From Paraspadella gotoi (lineage: Eukaryota > Animalia > Chaetognatha), in the NCBI GenBank assembly GCA_051294375.1, contig CM119269.1, positions 6,957,552-7,021,551 on the forward strand: 64,000 nucleotides of DNA. Reading direction: 5' to 3'. The notes under the pieces were generated by a model that saw only the letters and a program-made list of their open reading frames with translations, searched no databases and was not told the origin of the DNA. This document shows, in pieces, positions 1 through 42,568 of the stretch (its first letter is position 1; every line of letters starts with the position of its first letter). A program made the translations under genes and the position numbers.

Positions 1-31
1 AATAAAGGTCGATTGTTAAAGACAGAAGGCA

Positions 32-110
<79 letters not shown>

Positions 111-265
111 TTCTCTCTTTGCAAATCTAGAATTAGTTGTTACTAAAACAGTTTTCCGAGGAAAAAAAAAGGCTTGATCCACTTTAATACAAATAGAGCA
201 TTGAGGCGACTTACCACAGCATTGTAAAAAGTTAAAATTCGAGCTTCTCACTCACCCAAACTTAC

Positions 266-18199
<17,934 letters not shown>

Positions 18200-19552
18200 C
18201 TGAAAAAAACATATAACATGTGATAATTTAAAACAAATGATCGGAGAGTACAGTGCGTTGTTTTGAAATTTTATGAGACGAGTATCATTTCCCTAAAGTT
18301 TTAGAGTAACGGTATTGGTGAATTCCCGGAAAAAAATAACAGTGATTGCTATTTATGTACGAGTTTTAAAAATATATTTTGATGAGATTCAAAACTGATT
18401 TATCATCTCATTTTTTTCTCCCTCATTCATTTTTTAGGTCACTCTCTACCTTTAATATTTAGTCTTTACCTCTCTATCTCTCTACCTGAAACTCTCTACC
18501 TCTAATCTTTAATTTTTACCTCTCTACCTCTATATCTCAATCTCTCTATTTCTAATCTCTCTTCTCTCTTTTCCCAAAAACTGAGGGGAAAAAATAGAAA
18601 AGAAGCCGGTTGATTTTATGCTCTGAACAAAGCGGACGGGTGGGGAAAGGGTAAGGAAGGCGAAGGGGAGGTAAGGGAAAAGGAAAGGCCGGGGGAAAAC
18701 GAGAGAAAGAGAAAAAGAGATAGAATGAATAAAAAAAGCGATGGGAGATTGAATAAAAAAGATAAGAATAAAGGTCAGGTCGAAGCAGAAAAAGGGGGGG
18801 GGGAGAAAAAGAGATCAGAAAAAGATCAGAAAGAGATCAGAAATAAAAGATTAGAAAAAAAATGTGGAAGAAAAAAGAAAGTAAACTATGAGGCGATTGG
18901 GAGCAGCCCATGGGCGGGAAAATCTTTTTTTTATATCTTTGGAACATTGCGTAGTTTTGTAAACGAAGAAAGGTTCGAAACGCATATAAATCCCAGAAGA
19001 ATTAAAAATATAATACGAGCTTCGTAGAGTAAAAACCTTTTTCTCGGTAAAAACCTAATTCGCTGTCATTTGTAATTTACTTTTAACCGATGTACAGTTA
19101 CAATTCTCAATTCTATTTTATTAATATTTCGCACTAGCTAGAAAATTTGGAGACGCCACAAGCCATAAAACGAAATTAAAATAAGCAGTAAAACGTTTTT
19201 TTTTTTTAAATATAAAAATTATGGCGAGCGAAACTTTGATCGCGTCTTTGGTCCGAATCACGTGACGCAAAAAAGCGAAAGAAATTCGTTACAACGACGC
19301 CTGTTTTCACGGGCCATTCTGTGAAACCTCACCCGCTCGATATAAAATAATCAAAATTAAACAATTGAATTTAGCAACGAAGTCGAGGTTAAAAATCGAG
19401 TAAAACTTAATGAAAAGCCGAAATAAATAATTTTTTTTCATGGCCCCGACTGGATGCGTTCGAAATATTTCTAAATATGGCCCATTTAATTTTAAATTAA
19501 GAATCATTGTGATAATTCCTTTCGTTTGTTGCTTTGTGTAACGTTGGGAGAA

Positions 19553-19600
19553 TAAATGCTGACGAAGACTCGCAAACAGAGTCGAAACATGTCCTGTTTT
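19553..19600 (+). ncRNA. Minimal type I hammerhead ribozyme motif (Penelope-like), stem I degraded
   Basis: CTGACGA (19559-65), A, GACTC-gcaaaca-GAGTC (perfect stem II), GAAA, CATG, TC, then AATAAA. Confidence 0.65.
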
Positions 19601-19958
19601 AATAAAAAAAAAATCATGTTGCGAAACTAACGAAATTAAGAATCAAATCCGTTTTTAGTTTTAATGAATACGTTAAAGGTTAGGGTCTCTGATTAAGTCA
19701 TGGATTAAAGCTCGGTATTAGTGTTAGGGACGAGGTTTTAGAGTAAGAGTTTAGGTTACAATTACAATAAGTTGGTAGATTAAGGAATAGAAACGTGGCG
19801 CTATTGGAAAAGAGCCAAATCTTCTTTCTCGGAATGTCGTTCCTTTAATGGCCTTCAACCATCTGTCCGTTGAAAAGTCGGATCGACGGACTGAGGGACA
19901 AAATGACGAAGGTACGGATGGAGGGATGTGGGTGAATTTGGTTTATGTTGTGTATAAA

Positions 19959-19959
19959 C

Positions 19960-20000
<41 letters not shown>

Positions 20001-20152
20001 TGTATGATGATGATGATGATGATGATGATGGATGACGACGACGACGACGCCCGACGCCGCCGACGACCACGAAACGACGACGACGCCGACGACGACCACG
20101 ACGCCGACGCGACGACGGACGACGACGACGACGACGACGACGACGGACGACG
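19959..20152 (+). repeat. (GAT)n / (GAC)n trinucleotide repeats
   Basis: Directly visible; the source of the spurious poly-D/M/S/H ORFs. Confidence 0.95.
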
Positions 20153-20469
20153 CCTCTGGCCCCGACGAAAAGGATATGAAGTCAAAGAGAGAGAAAGGAA
20201 ATTTTATCAAGTGAATTCTTTCTCCGTTTTTTTTTTATTCTCTTCTTTTTTTCTTCTTTTCCCCTTTTTTTTGTTTCTCCTCTTCGAATTAAATTCGATC
20301 CTTTGGCCCAAAATTCGAAGTTCAAATCGTTTAATTATAAAAATAAAAAAAAGGTTTTCGCTCTGCGGGTTTTTTGTTGGAAGGGAAGTGATCGGGGGAG
20401 AGGGGGGAGAGGGGGGGCGGGAGGTAGGGGCGGGGATAGTAGGGGATGGGGTTGAGAGAAATGAAGGAG

Positions 20470-20532
<63 letters not shown>

Positions 20533-20576
20533 AGAAATGAAGATCGAAAAAAATGAAGAAAAGAGAATTGAAGAAA

Positions 20577-20645
<69 letters not shown>

Positions 20646-20681
20646 AGAGAGAGAGAGAGAGAGAGAGAGAAGAGAAGAGAA

Positions 20682-20718
<37 letters not shown>

Positions 20719-20770
20719 GAAGAGAGAGAAAAAGAGAGAGAGAGAAAGAGAGAGAGAGAGTGAGAGATAA

Positions 20771-21080
20771 AGAAGAACACTGAAGTGTCAAAATAAAGCA
20801 ATTTGGGACATAAAAGAAAGAAGAGGAGTCGATATGATGAGATCAACATCACGAAATCCACCTTGATCGGCGACTGGGAAAGAGAAACGCTGTCATAGAC
20901 TCCTCCGTCGATCGTGCATCAAAGATCGAAAACCGAATTCGAACTCATAAATTCGATCGCAACGAGAATTGTGTTTCGCCTGCGACGCCTCTTCTCAGCC
21001 TCACCCACAATTCTACCGCACCCCGACGCGCCTCACCCACGCTTTAACCACTAATCAACCACTGCTCCACGACGACTCCT
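20771..21080 (-). mobile_element. Longer copy of the (CT)n-tailed retroposon-like repeat
   Basis: 3' end shared with 10921-11006. The minus strand carries an A-box-like TGGAGCAGTGG (~21060-21070) and a B-box-like GAGTTCGAATTC (~20936-20947), unusually far apart. Confidence 0.4.
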
Positions 21081-21571
21081 CATCGCTTAACTCTTGGTAT
21101 ATTGGCGCTGAATAGGAGTCAAGATTGAAAAAAAAAGGTTTAAATTCAAATATGTATGTAGATATAGATATACGTTGATTTACGATAAGGTATATATTTT
21201 CAGTTTTTTGGCCAGTTCCTCTCGCTCTCTTTTTCCCTTTTTTCAATTTCATGCTGTTTCTGCTTTTTGTGTAAAAAGTGTTTTAATAATTGTCGCGATA
21301 GTTTGGCTTCAATAAAAACTTATTGATTTCAAACAAATGAAATTCAAAAAAATTCAAAAGCAAGTTACAAAGTTAGTGCAATAAAAGTCAATATATCGAA
21401 TAGTGAATAATTAGCAAATTAAAAACAGACAAAATATATTTGAAATACAAATGTGCCATGGAAATCGCTATTATTTAAATCTATAATTTAGTTTTCATGT
21501 CCCATTTTGTGGTATAAATGGTATAAATCTCCACTTACATATAAAAGGCTTAAGCCACTCAAAATGTTTTA

Positions 21572-22872
21572 CTAGTTCCAAACATCATCGACTCTCTCTT
21601 TTCCCCTCAATTTCCTCGTCAACCTCATCACAAACTGCAGCGCCATCGGCGAACGGCCAATCCCCAGACAGAGTGACAAAACTCAATTGGACAACCACGC
21701 CCACCGGCAAGTAGCTCCCCTTCTTCCTCTTCCGCACTTTCTCAGCGCCGCCTCGAGCTCGATCTGGTGGTTGAGCGAGATCAATGCGCCCTCTACCAAT
21801 GGCTCCCGCCACGTGGCGATCTTAGCGCCGATTGCAACGCCGTCTCTCTGGCGTTGATGACGAAAACCAGACTCCAATGATTGAAGAATCTTGCACGATT
21901 TGCCAATCGCAAAGATCGAATTTCTTCAAATACTTCACGGAGGTGGTGGTGGCGACGAAGACGGCCTCGGGATCGGTCAAGAGGCTCGTCCACTGCGACG
22001 GCTCGGTGTAATTGACGTCGATAAGGTTGACTATCAAGCGACATGAGACGTTGAAGGACTCGTTGTTGTTTTTCTCTGAAAAATTCGATCCCCTTCGAGT
22101 CGATGTATATTTTCCGCGAGGGTTCTCCACCAAATCCACCAGCCTTTCGGCGGCATCTTGGTAGCTACGACCTGTATAGGATTCCGCCAGAGAAGAGAAC
22201 AACGAAGAGAAAGACGAAGAATTTCCAAAAAGACCGAAAATCTGCGTCGGAAGTGTCGAGTCGAAATCCTCCAGATCCGAAGCGAGTCGAAACGCTGCGT
22301 TCCACAAGGAGCCAACGACGCCGATAGAGCCAACGGCGCCACGCCATCCTTCACCGGCGTCCCGGGCGCCTCCTCCCACCGCTTTATCACCGCGGCGCCG
22401 ACACTGGCGACCAGGAAGGTGCCGAGCAGCACCGCCCAGCACCACGGATCAAGCGTGTCGAGAAAGACGGACTTGAGGGCACTGAAGGTGGATTCGACGG
22501 GCCGCTGGACGATGACGAGGCTGTTGAGCCGGTCGGCGTCGACCATCGCAGGTTTTGCTGCATCGAAGGCCGAAAGGTGGAGACGCCGAAGCTCATGTGG
22601 TAAGGCGCCGTTGGCCACTAAATCGGCCATTCCGCGCGCGGTGGCGTTCCGCGGCGAAACCACCGGCCCTTATGGAGGCTGATGGTATAGTTGATGGGGC
22701 AGCGAGAGAAAAACTCCTTCAGCATGATGTCGTATCGAGGGCTCATCCGGATGGAGTTGATGTCGGAAGTGGTGGCGTTGGACGCGACCATCATGCGATG
22801 AGCGTTCTTCATGACGAAGCGAAAAGTTCGATTGGAGGAACAGATTTCGTCATCGAACAAAGTGACGGCCAT
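21572..22872 (-). pseudogene. Frameshifted copy of the divergent iGluR/IR-like gene (pseudogene or error-laden assembly duplicate)
   Basis: Near-identical to 32712-34010 but broken by many 1-2 bp indels. Confidence 0.7.
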
Positions 22873-24162
22873 CTTTAGATCAGGAGATCAATTAAAACAA
22901 ATGAACAGTCAGTTTTGTTTTTGTTTCGTCCCCACTTTTCGGTTTTGTGAGTTTCTTAACGATTGGGAGTCGTTTTAGTAGTTTCTTGCTGTATTAAGTT
23001 TCTTCTCTTACATTAATGTAGATTCTAAAGTTTCTGTTGTGAGTTGTGAGTTTCTACTGTTTTGTGCGTCCCCTTAATGTTTTGATTTATTTCGTTGTTA
23101 TGATTCTCTAGGGTTTCGTAAACCTCTTCTCTGGTTGTAAATTTTCCCCGTGCTGTGGTTTCCTTTGTGATACCTTAGCGTTATAATTTTTTGTCAGATG
23201 TGTTTTTATCAGGTGTCAAAGGCTATCGATCCTCGAGGTAAACATTTCCGCGGTTCCGGGAAATCGGAGAAAGGGAAAAAAAGCTTTTTGGTAAAAAGGA
23301 TGATGTTACTGACAGAGCTGAAAGATGATGATGATTATCATAAGGTCGACGATAGTGATTTTAAATATGATGATGGTTATGATGCTGATTTTGATATTAT
23401 AATATTATATATTATTATTATTATCAATGTTTATAGCAAAGACTATTACTGTAGATAATTGATGATGATATTTGGTCATATGTATTTTCTATTCAACATT
23501 CTGTCATGTTTTTTAGAATTTTAAAACTAACTTGTCTCAAAATGGAAATTTTTTAATCAAAAAGTACAAAAATACTAGATAATAAAGTAAAGGTTAAGTT
23601 AAAGATATAGTAATTAAGAAATGAAAAGTCAAAGCGACGAAATAACTTTTTAAAAACCCATCTGAAAAAACAAAAGAATTTTGCATCGACTCATAGATTA
23701 TTAACTGTTGGTGACTCGTAACCGCAATAATTCAATAATTCTGTCAAAATGTTTTTTACGTTTTTTTCCGGTAAATTTATAGAAATAAACAAAACAGTCA
23801 GAAACTCGTTGTAAACAATAATTGATAACAATTGTTATCCCAATAGTTTCAATATAAAATACCATACACATAATATTTTTATAATTTCAAGCATAGAATT
23901 TAGTCGGACTAGTATTTGATTCTATGAGAGTGATAAAAAATAAATAACAATGAGAACAGATAATAGAAAAATGTATGAAAATCATTTTACTCATTTCACG
24001 AATGACAATAGGTGCGCCGATAAATTATAACCTTATCAATATATTAATTCTCAACTTAACATTTAGATTTACATGAACGAGCTTTCAAAAGAATTTTCGA
24101 CGCCATTGTCGTTTATGTCTTTTTTTTTTTGTTAAAAAGACTTGCTCGCCGATCATTTCACG

Positions 24163-24236
<74 letters not shown>

Positions 24237-24345
24237 TCGTCTCTCCTCTCCTCTCTCCCTCTCTCTCTCTCGTAAAAATAACTCGTAAAATGGAATTCGC
24301 AAAAACGGAGTCCTTCCGTCCGCGCGCATACCGACATTATATTTT

Positions 24346-24381
<36 letters not shown>

Positions 24382-25029
24382 TCTCTCTCATCTTCTCATC
24401 TCTCTCCTCTCCAGTCTCTTCGTCTCTCTCTCTCTCTTTCTCGGCAATGACCTCCTACAGCAACACCCTCCCTGCATAAACAACTCCTTTCCGCAATAAC
24501 TACTCCCTTCTGGCAACAACTACCAACGCATCAATTAATAACATTTATCTTTCAATAGCTTTTAGATTTTAGCTTATTAAAAGTAAAGCGAAAAATCTCA
24601 CGGCTGAAATCTAGTCTCCAAATAAATATAGTACTCATTTAGTTTCGCAACACAAGACAACAAATAACACCTGAGTAAGTAAACGATACTCGGTCGCGTC
24701 CGATGCAATCAACTTATTTTCAAATCGTCTTAAAAAGTTAAGGTCAATTGTCAATTGACGAATAGGCACAGAGAAGGACCAACTTGAACGTCACCAATCA
24801 GCTTCGACCGATTGATATTTACCTCAATCGCCAATATTTAACGCTCACACCAGTACAGTACACACTACCGCCTCTTACCTCCATAGTTATCTTGCGATAG
24901 CTAAGAAGAATGAAGTTCAAAGATCCAAATCCAATCACCAATAAACAAAAATAAATATAGCGGAGAAATAACCCCACAATTCTGTGGATTATTTTCAAAG
25001 CTATTGTGATTATTTAAAACCAGGGAACG

Positions 25030-25120
<91 letters not shown>

Positions 25121-25559
25121 AGAAAAGAGAGAGAGAGAAAAGGAGAGAGAGAGACTGGATTAAATTAATTCCCACATACTCCAACAATTTCACGGTATCG
25201 ATACGACGGTCGTCCTTACATTTTTCTCGTTATTATTTAAGTTTTCTTTTATTTCACTTCATTTTATCATCATTCTTATTACCGAGGTTTTCCGCCACAG
25301 GTTTGTTGCTTTTTCATTAAATTCTCACGAGATTTTAATCGGTGATTCTCTTCAACTTTCCTGTTTCACTATATGACCGCATACGAACGAAGTTTGACCA
25401 CACTCGACCACGTTTGACCACATTCCTTCCTAGACTTCACTCACTTATTTTCCTTACACAATTTTGCATTTTTCTCCCCCTCCCTTCGCTCTCTCTTCTC
25501 TTCGCTCTCTCTCTATCTCTCTCTCTCTCTCTCTCTCATCTCTACCAGAATCATTATTC

Positions 25560-25627
<68 letters not shown>

Positions 25628-28600
25628 CTCGCTCCGCCTTTCGTTAACCTTCGCTTAAACCAAAACAAATCACTTCACCGACGCCTCTTTAGTTCTCTCC
25701 TCTCTCTCCTCAGTTTGCCGGCCCCACCCTTGCCCCCACCCCTTCCACCCAGCACCACCTCCCTTTTCTCACCCTTCTACACCCCCTTATCTTCCCCCCT
25801 CTCCACCCCCCTGCTTTTTACTCTCCCCATCGAACTCATGATTTCCCCCATTTTGACGCCTCATCCGCAGAGGAGAGCGTAAATTTTTCGCCGAGAGAGA
25901 GAGAGGAAGAGAGAGAAGAAGAGAGAGAGAGAAGAGAGAAGAGAGAGAGAGAGAGAGAAAGAAGAGAGAGGAGAGAAACGTAGGGAAGAGATTGACAATA
26001 GTAGAAACAAAAAAAAAAAAAATAAAGTCAAAAATTTTTTCGAAATAAAAAAAAAGTTATGAACCGAATATAAAAAAAAGTTAAATGACAGATGTTGCCG
26101 ACGCATATGTGACGATGCATGACAGTGATATACGAGCGACGACGAGAGCGATAATGCGATACGAGGTGATGACGATGATAAAAGGTGAGGTGATATGTGA
26201 AGATGACGATCAACTTTGACATGATGAAAACTCGAGAGGTATTTTTTTTTTGAGATATTTATAGCGAATGTTAAATACTTGGCCGAATAATGATCAATAT
26301 ATATGATTAATAACGATGAATACTTTTGAAGACTTTTTTATAAATCAGTGATAATGAAGACGAATAATAATGATAGCTCTTTGATGATATCGGTGATCGC
26401 GATGGCGGCGCAATTCGATCTCCAGGTGAAACCACGTGACCCAGAATTCGAAAAGTCACGTGATTCGAATTCATTGGTCTTCGTGACCCTAAATTCAAAA
26501 CTCACGTGAACCCGAATTCCCCGATAACATTTCGCGAAATCTTCGCCAGATGCGGACCAGGGCACAACAACAACGACGACAACGACGACGACGACCACCC
26601 GGAAGAACGAACTTCGAAACGACGTCAAAGAAAACTGAGGCTCAATTAATGATTAGTTAGAATCTAACTTTTATATTTAATCTAACTTGGATTAAATATA
26701 AAAGTATATCAAGTGATATTTAAATTAATGTTTATTGTTTTCGTTTTCGGACCTAAAACCTAGTTTTATAACTTCAAGACGGGAATTCGAGGCGGGAAGA
26801 GAAATCGTCTTGAACTTCATTGCAACAAAATGTCAAGAACGAAAATTAACTAAACTCGTTTTCGACATAATCATTGAAGACTGCGGAATTCTTAGGAAGA
26901 GAAAACAGGAAATGTTTGAGGAGGAGAACTTAGATGTATAAGGGGAAAAATAAGATGTTAAAATGTAATAGAAATTTAATAGTTAATAGTAGTAATCGAC
27001 GTCATATTATGATAATAACGCATTTTTTATGAAAAGAAGAATGAAACAACATTTGAGAGTGACTCAAGAGTTCGAAGTCGAAAAACTTATTGTCGTCAAT
27101 ATATCTTGGAGGAGGCTCAATTTTTAAGCACAATTTTTTATTATTATTCTGACATGTTCAATTGTAAGAACCCCTCCTCGACCTAGCTGAGAGGGAGAAG
27201 ACGTCGGAAAACAGAAACCACCCCCAAACCGGGGGGGGGGGGCGGCGGCCTAGAAAAGTTAATATTAAATGTTTCTTATGCCTTGGGAATCGTCTTGTTG
27301 ATATTTAATTGGTACCTTAATAAAATAATCAAAGCATATAGATATTCCAGCCGCTCTTGCCGGCGAGCAACGGCAATATATATAATAGAATACTACTAAT
27401 AATCAATATCATTAGGACACAAACAATTACAAATGACCACGAATGATCACGGATTGATTACATTAAAAAGCACAGAAAATATCCAAACGTTTATGGTCTG
27501 AAGATGAAGATCCCGTCCAACGCCGAATGATCGACAAGAACATGACAGTGAGCCGAAAGTCAATATCTTCAGTGATTTGGGAGACCAAAAAAGAGCATCT
27601 GTGTTATGCTCGTCTGGACTTTTACACAATCATTAACTATATACAATTGGAAGATCATCTCCTTTCGCGTTAAATCTTTCGTTCCATCGCTTCTATTTTC
27701 GATCGTTTGGTCCGTTCTCGTCGATGAAAGATTCACGAACAAGTTGATTCCCGCTTCGCTTTCGGGGCAGGGCAAGTAACGAGTGTTTCACTTTTCCCTA
27801 CAAGAGTATAGACTTTGATTGTGCTTTTTAAGTGGAAAGAGACTTACGTAGCTCCAAACTGGTACGGGCCAAGACGAGATGAATGCAGAAACGGAGAGCA
27901 ATGACAAAAAAGCAAAAACTAATCTTTTCAAAAGAGAATTTCATGAAAAGAAAGAAATTTGGGGAGGACCGCGTGAAAAGTCACTTCGTTCTTTAAGTCA
28001 AATTTAAATTCGATAAAACTTAACTTGAACACCGAAATAATAAATGGATTATTATATTAATTATTACTTCATTATTGACGGAGATTCGCCAAAATTTTTT
28101 TTTTTTTTTTTTTTGCGTTTTTTTTTGTTTTTCTCGATTCCGGTTTTGTTTTCGTTTTTTTCTAGACGTGACCTTAACCTTAAGGAACAAAATTTTCAAC
28201 CGGAGAGTTCTAGTCAGTGGACGACTCACACAAGTTGATTTTCTCCAATTGGCCTAAAAACAAACAAACAAGAAAACAATCCAAGCCAGATTACCTCTAC
28301 CACTCAGGCTGTTTCATAAACTTGCCCTCATTTTTTGTTTTAATTCTCGAAACCATTACTTTCATAATTTTTCCCCAACAAACTACCGCATCATTGTTTC
28401 CGGCCGCCCTCCCCCCCGCAAGTCACCTGTTTCTACAAGCTGCTTTGCACGAAGTTTCGATCGTCGTGTCGTATCGGCGTTATTGCCTTGGTAACGAGAG
28501 TAAACAAACCAAGTGGAATCCAGAATTTTAAATCCTGTTCGGCATTTATCTCCGCTCAGCTAATCGTTCCGCGAAGAAAAGTAAACAGAGAAAAACATGG

Positions 28601-29042
28601 CGCCCGATTGTTTTATGACTTTTATTTATTTATTTTGTAGACGTTTCTATTTTTTTTTTTACAATTCGGCCAAGGTCGTTGAACTGATCCCTTGTTTTTA
28701 TCTCCTCTGTTTTATTTTGAATGGGCGTGAAAGTTTCTTGAAAAAAAAAAGAAAAGATTCAAACAGGAAAAAACTCGCGAGGTTTTTTTCTTTTTCGAAA
28801 TGATCCTTCTAGTTTCAACAAGGAATGTCGCATGCGCGCGCGAGAGAGCATCGCGATACGGGATCACCAATCACCATCGTTAACATCATCATCATCATAT
28901 CCTTCGGTTTCATCATCATCATCATCGTCATCATCATCATCCTTTCGCGGGATTTTAAAGGGGGGGGGGACCCAGCGCCAGCAGAACAATTTATAAACTG
29001 ATCATGAAAATGACCATGAAAGCTCCAGAAACGCGCCTCTCC

Positions 29043-29095
<53 letters not shown>

Positions 29096-31267
29096 CTCTC
29101 TCTCATTCGACTCTCTCTCTCTCTCTCTCTCTCTCATCGATCTCTCTCTCACTCACTTCTCTTTTTTCTCTCTTTCCCTCTTCGCAATCATTTTATGAGA
29201 TTCTTTACGAAACGATACAGGAAAAAACTTTATGTCTTTTGTTTCTCAAGAGTTCGAATGTAACCGCCCGCTAGTGTCTCCTGTCTCCCTCTCTTTCTTG
29301 CCACAAGGCAAAGTTTTTAGACAAAAACAACACAACCAAATTTTGTGTTAGATATATGAATTTGATGCAACTAATATAGAAATTAAAATTGTTTATATTC
29401 AATTTCATTGAATATATATTTGTGAGTTGTATCATTCACAAGGAGAATACCCATAGTTGGATTAGAATGTCATTCAAGTAACTTGGATTCTTAGGCCAAT
29501 TTTTTTTGGATATAATTTATAGTATATAATAATGTTTTTTAGGAATGTATAATGTAATGATTTATGCATGAAATTTAGGTTTCTATTTGCGTGGACCTGC
29601 TTCGCAGAAATGTTGACTATATTGTCTATAATATCATATGTAGTCGGTCATCGTTCGTACTTTACATGATTTTTTATTAAACTAAGAAGGGAAGATGACC
29701 AGGAAAATACAATCAGAGTCTTAAATCAATTTGATCCCTCAGTTTCTCACTTTAATTAATCCTGTTCAGTGTGAAATAATTTATTACATTAAAAGTGGGT
29801 CTGCGTTAGAAGTTTGTTTCTTATTTTGTTTGTGTTTCTTTTCTATTTATATTGCCTCGTATTTTTTTTACATTAAACTATGTATAAATTAAATTCAAAC
29901 GGACATGTCCAGTGGCGTTTCTGTTAGTTACGCTAACTACCATTGAATGTTTAATTTAACAGATTCAATAAAAGTTTTTTCCGAAATTGTTTACTTGGTA
30001 TTATTAAAGTGATCTTCGTGACCCAAGTTTTTTTGTCGCTCGTCTTCCGAAATTCGAAAAGAGGGCCTAATAAGATTAACACAAGAATGTTTTGACTTTT
30101 AAAAGAATTTAAAACTTTTTTATCTATGGTCATTAACCCTATCTTTATCAGTTTTTAAATATTCATAATAGCAGAACAATAACGAGTGACATGCTTATTA
30201 ATATATCTATCTATGAAAATTGTACAACCAATATAAAAATTATTCCATTCATCTAATAAACAAGCTATCTTGGTCCCTGACTTCGGGACAGGCTTTGGTG
30301 GTTACAGGCCTCCATCCACACACAAATAATAACGTAAGAGAATTTCCCGCAAAGCTTTTAATCAAGATCTCTCGCAGTTTGTTTATGCACTCCCAGTGAA
30401 CCGGCTTCCCTAATCATGAAGTGGTATAATATTTCAAAGAATGTATATATATTGTAATATCTTCTGAAATAAAGCTTGCTCTCTCTTTTCCCTCTTTCCA
30501 TCTCGTCTCTCTTCTTCTTCTACATTCAAGCTCTCCATATCCTCTCCTCTCCCCTCTCCTCCTCTCCTTTCTCTCTTCTCTCTCTCTCTCTAATCTCGAC
30601 TTAATCACTAAAGAAACTGAAATTCGCATAGAACAACTGTGACAACGCGCTGAACGATTAAATATCCACACGTCAGTAAAAGATATCATAACTAATCTTA
30701 CGATTAAAAACTTGACAATCTATTTAATGACAACTTAACGACTATCCAACATTGAATTTTTTTACGACATATACCTGCCGAAGTAAAATATTTTATACTT
30801 TTTCTAAAACTTGCTGAATCAAAATATTAACAATTTCAGAAAAGAAAAAAAATACTAAAAACAAAAAACAAAACAAAACCGGATTGAGATCGAAGAGACC
30901 TGGAGTTAAACAGTCTTTTATTCGAAGGACGACCTCCTCGGAAGAGCATGCCTCTCTCTCTTCTCTCTCTCTCTCTGCCTCTGTCTCACTCCTACTTAAT
31001 CTCGACGACGTTCGTGCATTTATGTAGGGTGTTTTTTTTTACTTCAAATGTTGATTTTACTGCGAATATATATCTCATATTTTACCCAAGAGAAAAAAAA
31101 ATTGTCGAATGAAACACGCCACCGATTATAAATTCAAACAAAGTCGTCGACCCGACAACGTAAACGTAAAGACTTAAATACGAGAAACCAGTGAGACAAA
31201 AATATCTTTGTCGGGTAAATGACTTTCGGAGTTTCGATTGGANNNNNNNNNNNNNNNNNNNNNNNNN

Positions 31268-42163
<10,896 letters not shown>

Positions 42164-42568
42164 TGACCGACGCCCAAACCGACTAAACGAGACGCGAACT
42201 TAACGATTTCAAGGCGATAGACTCGATACACTTGCCGGTGAAATTTCGGTCTTTTGTCGGCGCAATTTTTTCCTCTCGCTGGCGCAATTTTCGTCTTTCG
42301 CCGGTGCATTTACGTTGGCTTTTGGCGCAGTTTCTTTGTTGATAATCGCATTTGCCGCCGGTGCGGAAACTTCGCTCATTGTCGACGCAATGACTTTCTT
42401 CTTGCGATGAGTTGACTGCGATGCGTCGACTTCTGAACTGAACGTCTTTCCTTCTAGTTCTCCTCTTTCTTTCCTTATAGTTCTCCTCTTTCTTTCCTTC
42501 TAGTTCTCCTCTTTCTTTACTTTCCTTTCCTCAAATCTACCGCCCCCCTCCCTCCCCCCTCCGCCGCG

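Larger units (their letters stand above)
20130..31242 (+). repeat. ~11.1-kb tandem duplication, copy 1
   Basis: Colinear with 31268-42163 from GACGCCTCTGGCCCCGACG to GTTTCGATTGGA; ends exactly at an N gap. Confidence 0.95.

Noticed and set aside
19845-20861. Long ORFs rich in poly-D/M/S/H and RE/SL dipeptides (likewise 3826-4621, 9645-10051, 31313-32000, 52731-53453)
   Set aside because: They are translations of microsatellites and low-complexity tracts.
20964-21015. Minus-strand AGAATTGTG/CACAATTCT stem enclosing CTGAGAAGA...GAAA, resembling a type III hammerhead
   Set aside because: The core does not fit CUGANGA, there is no UH site and no stem I.
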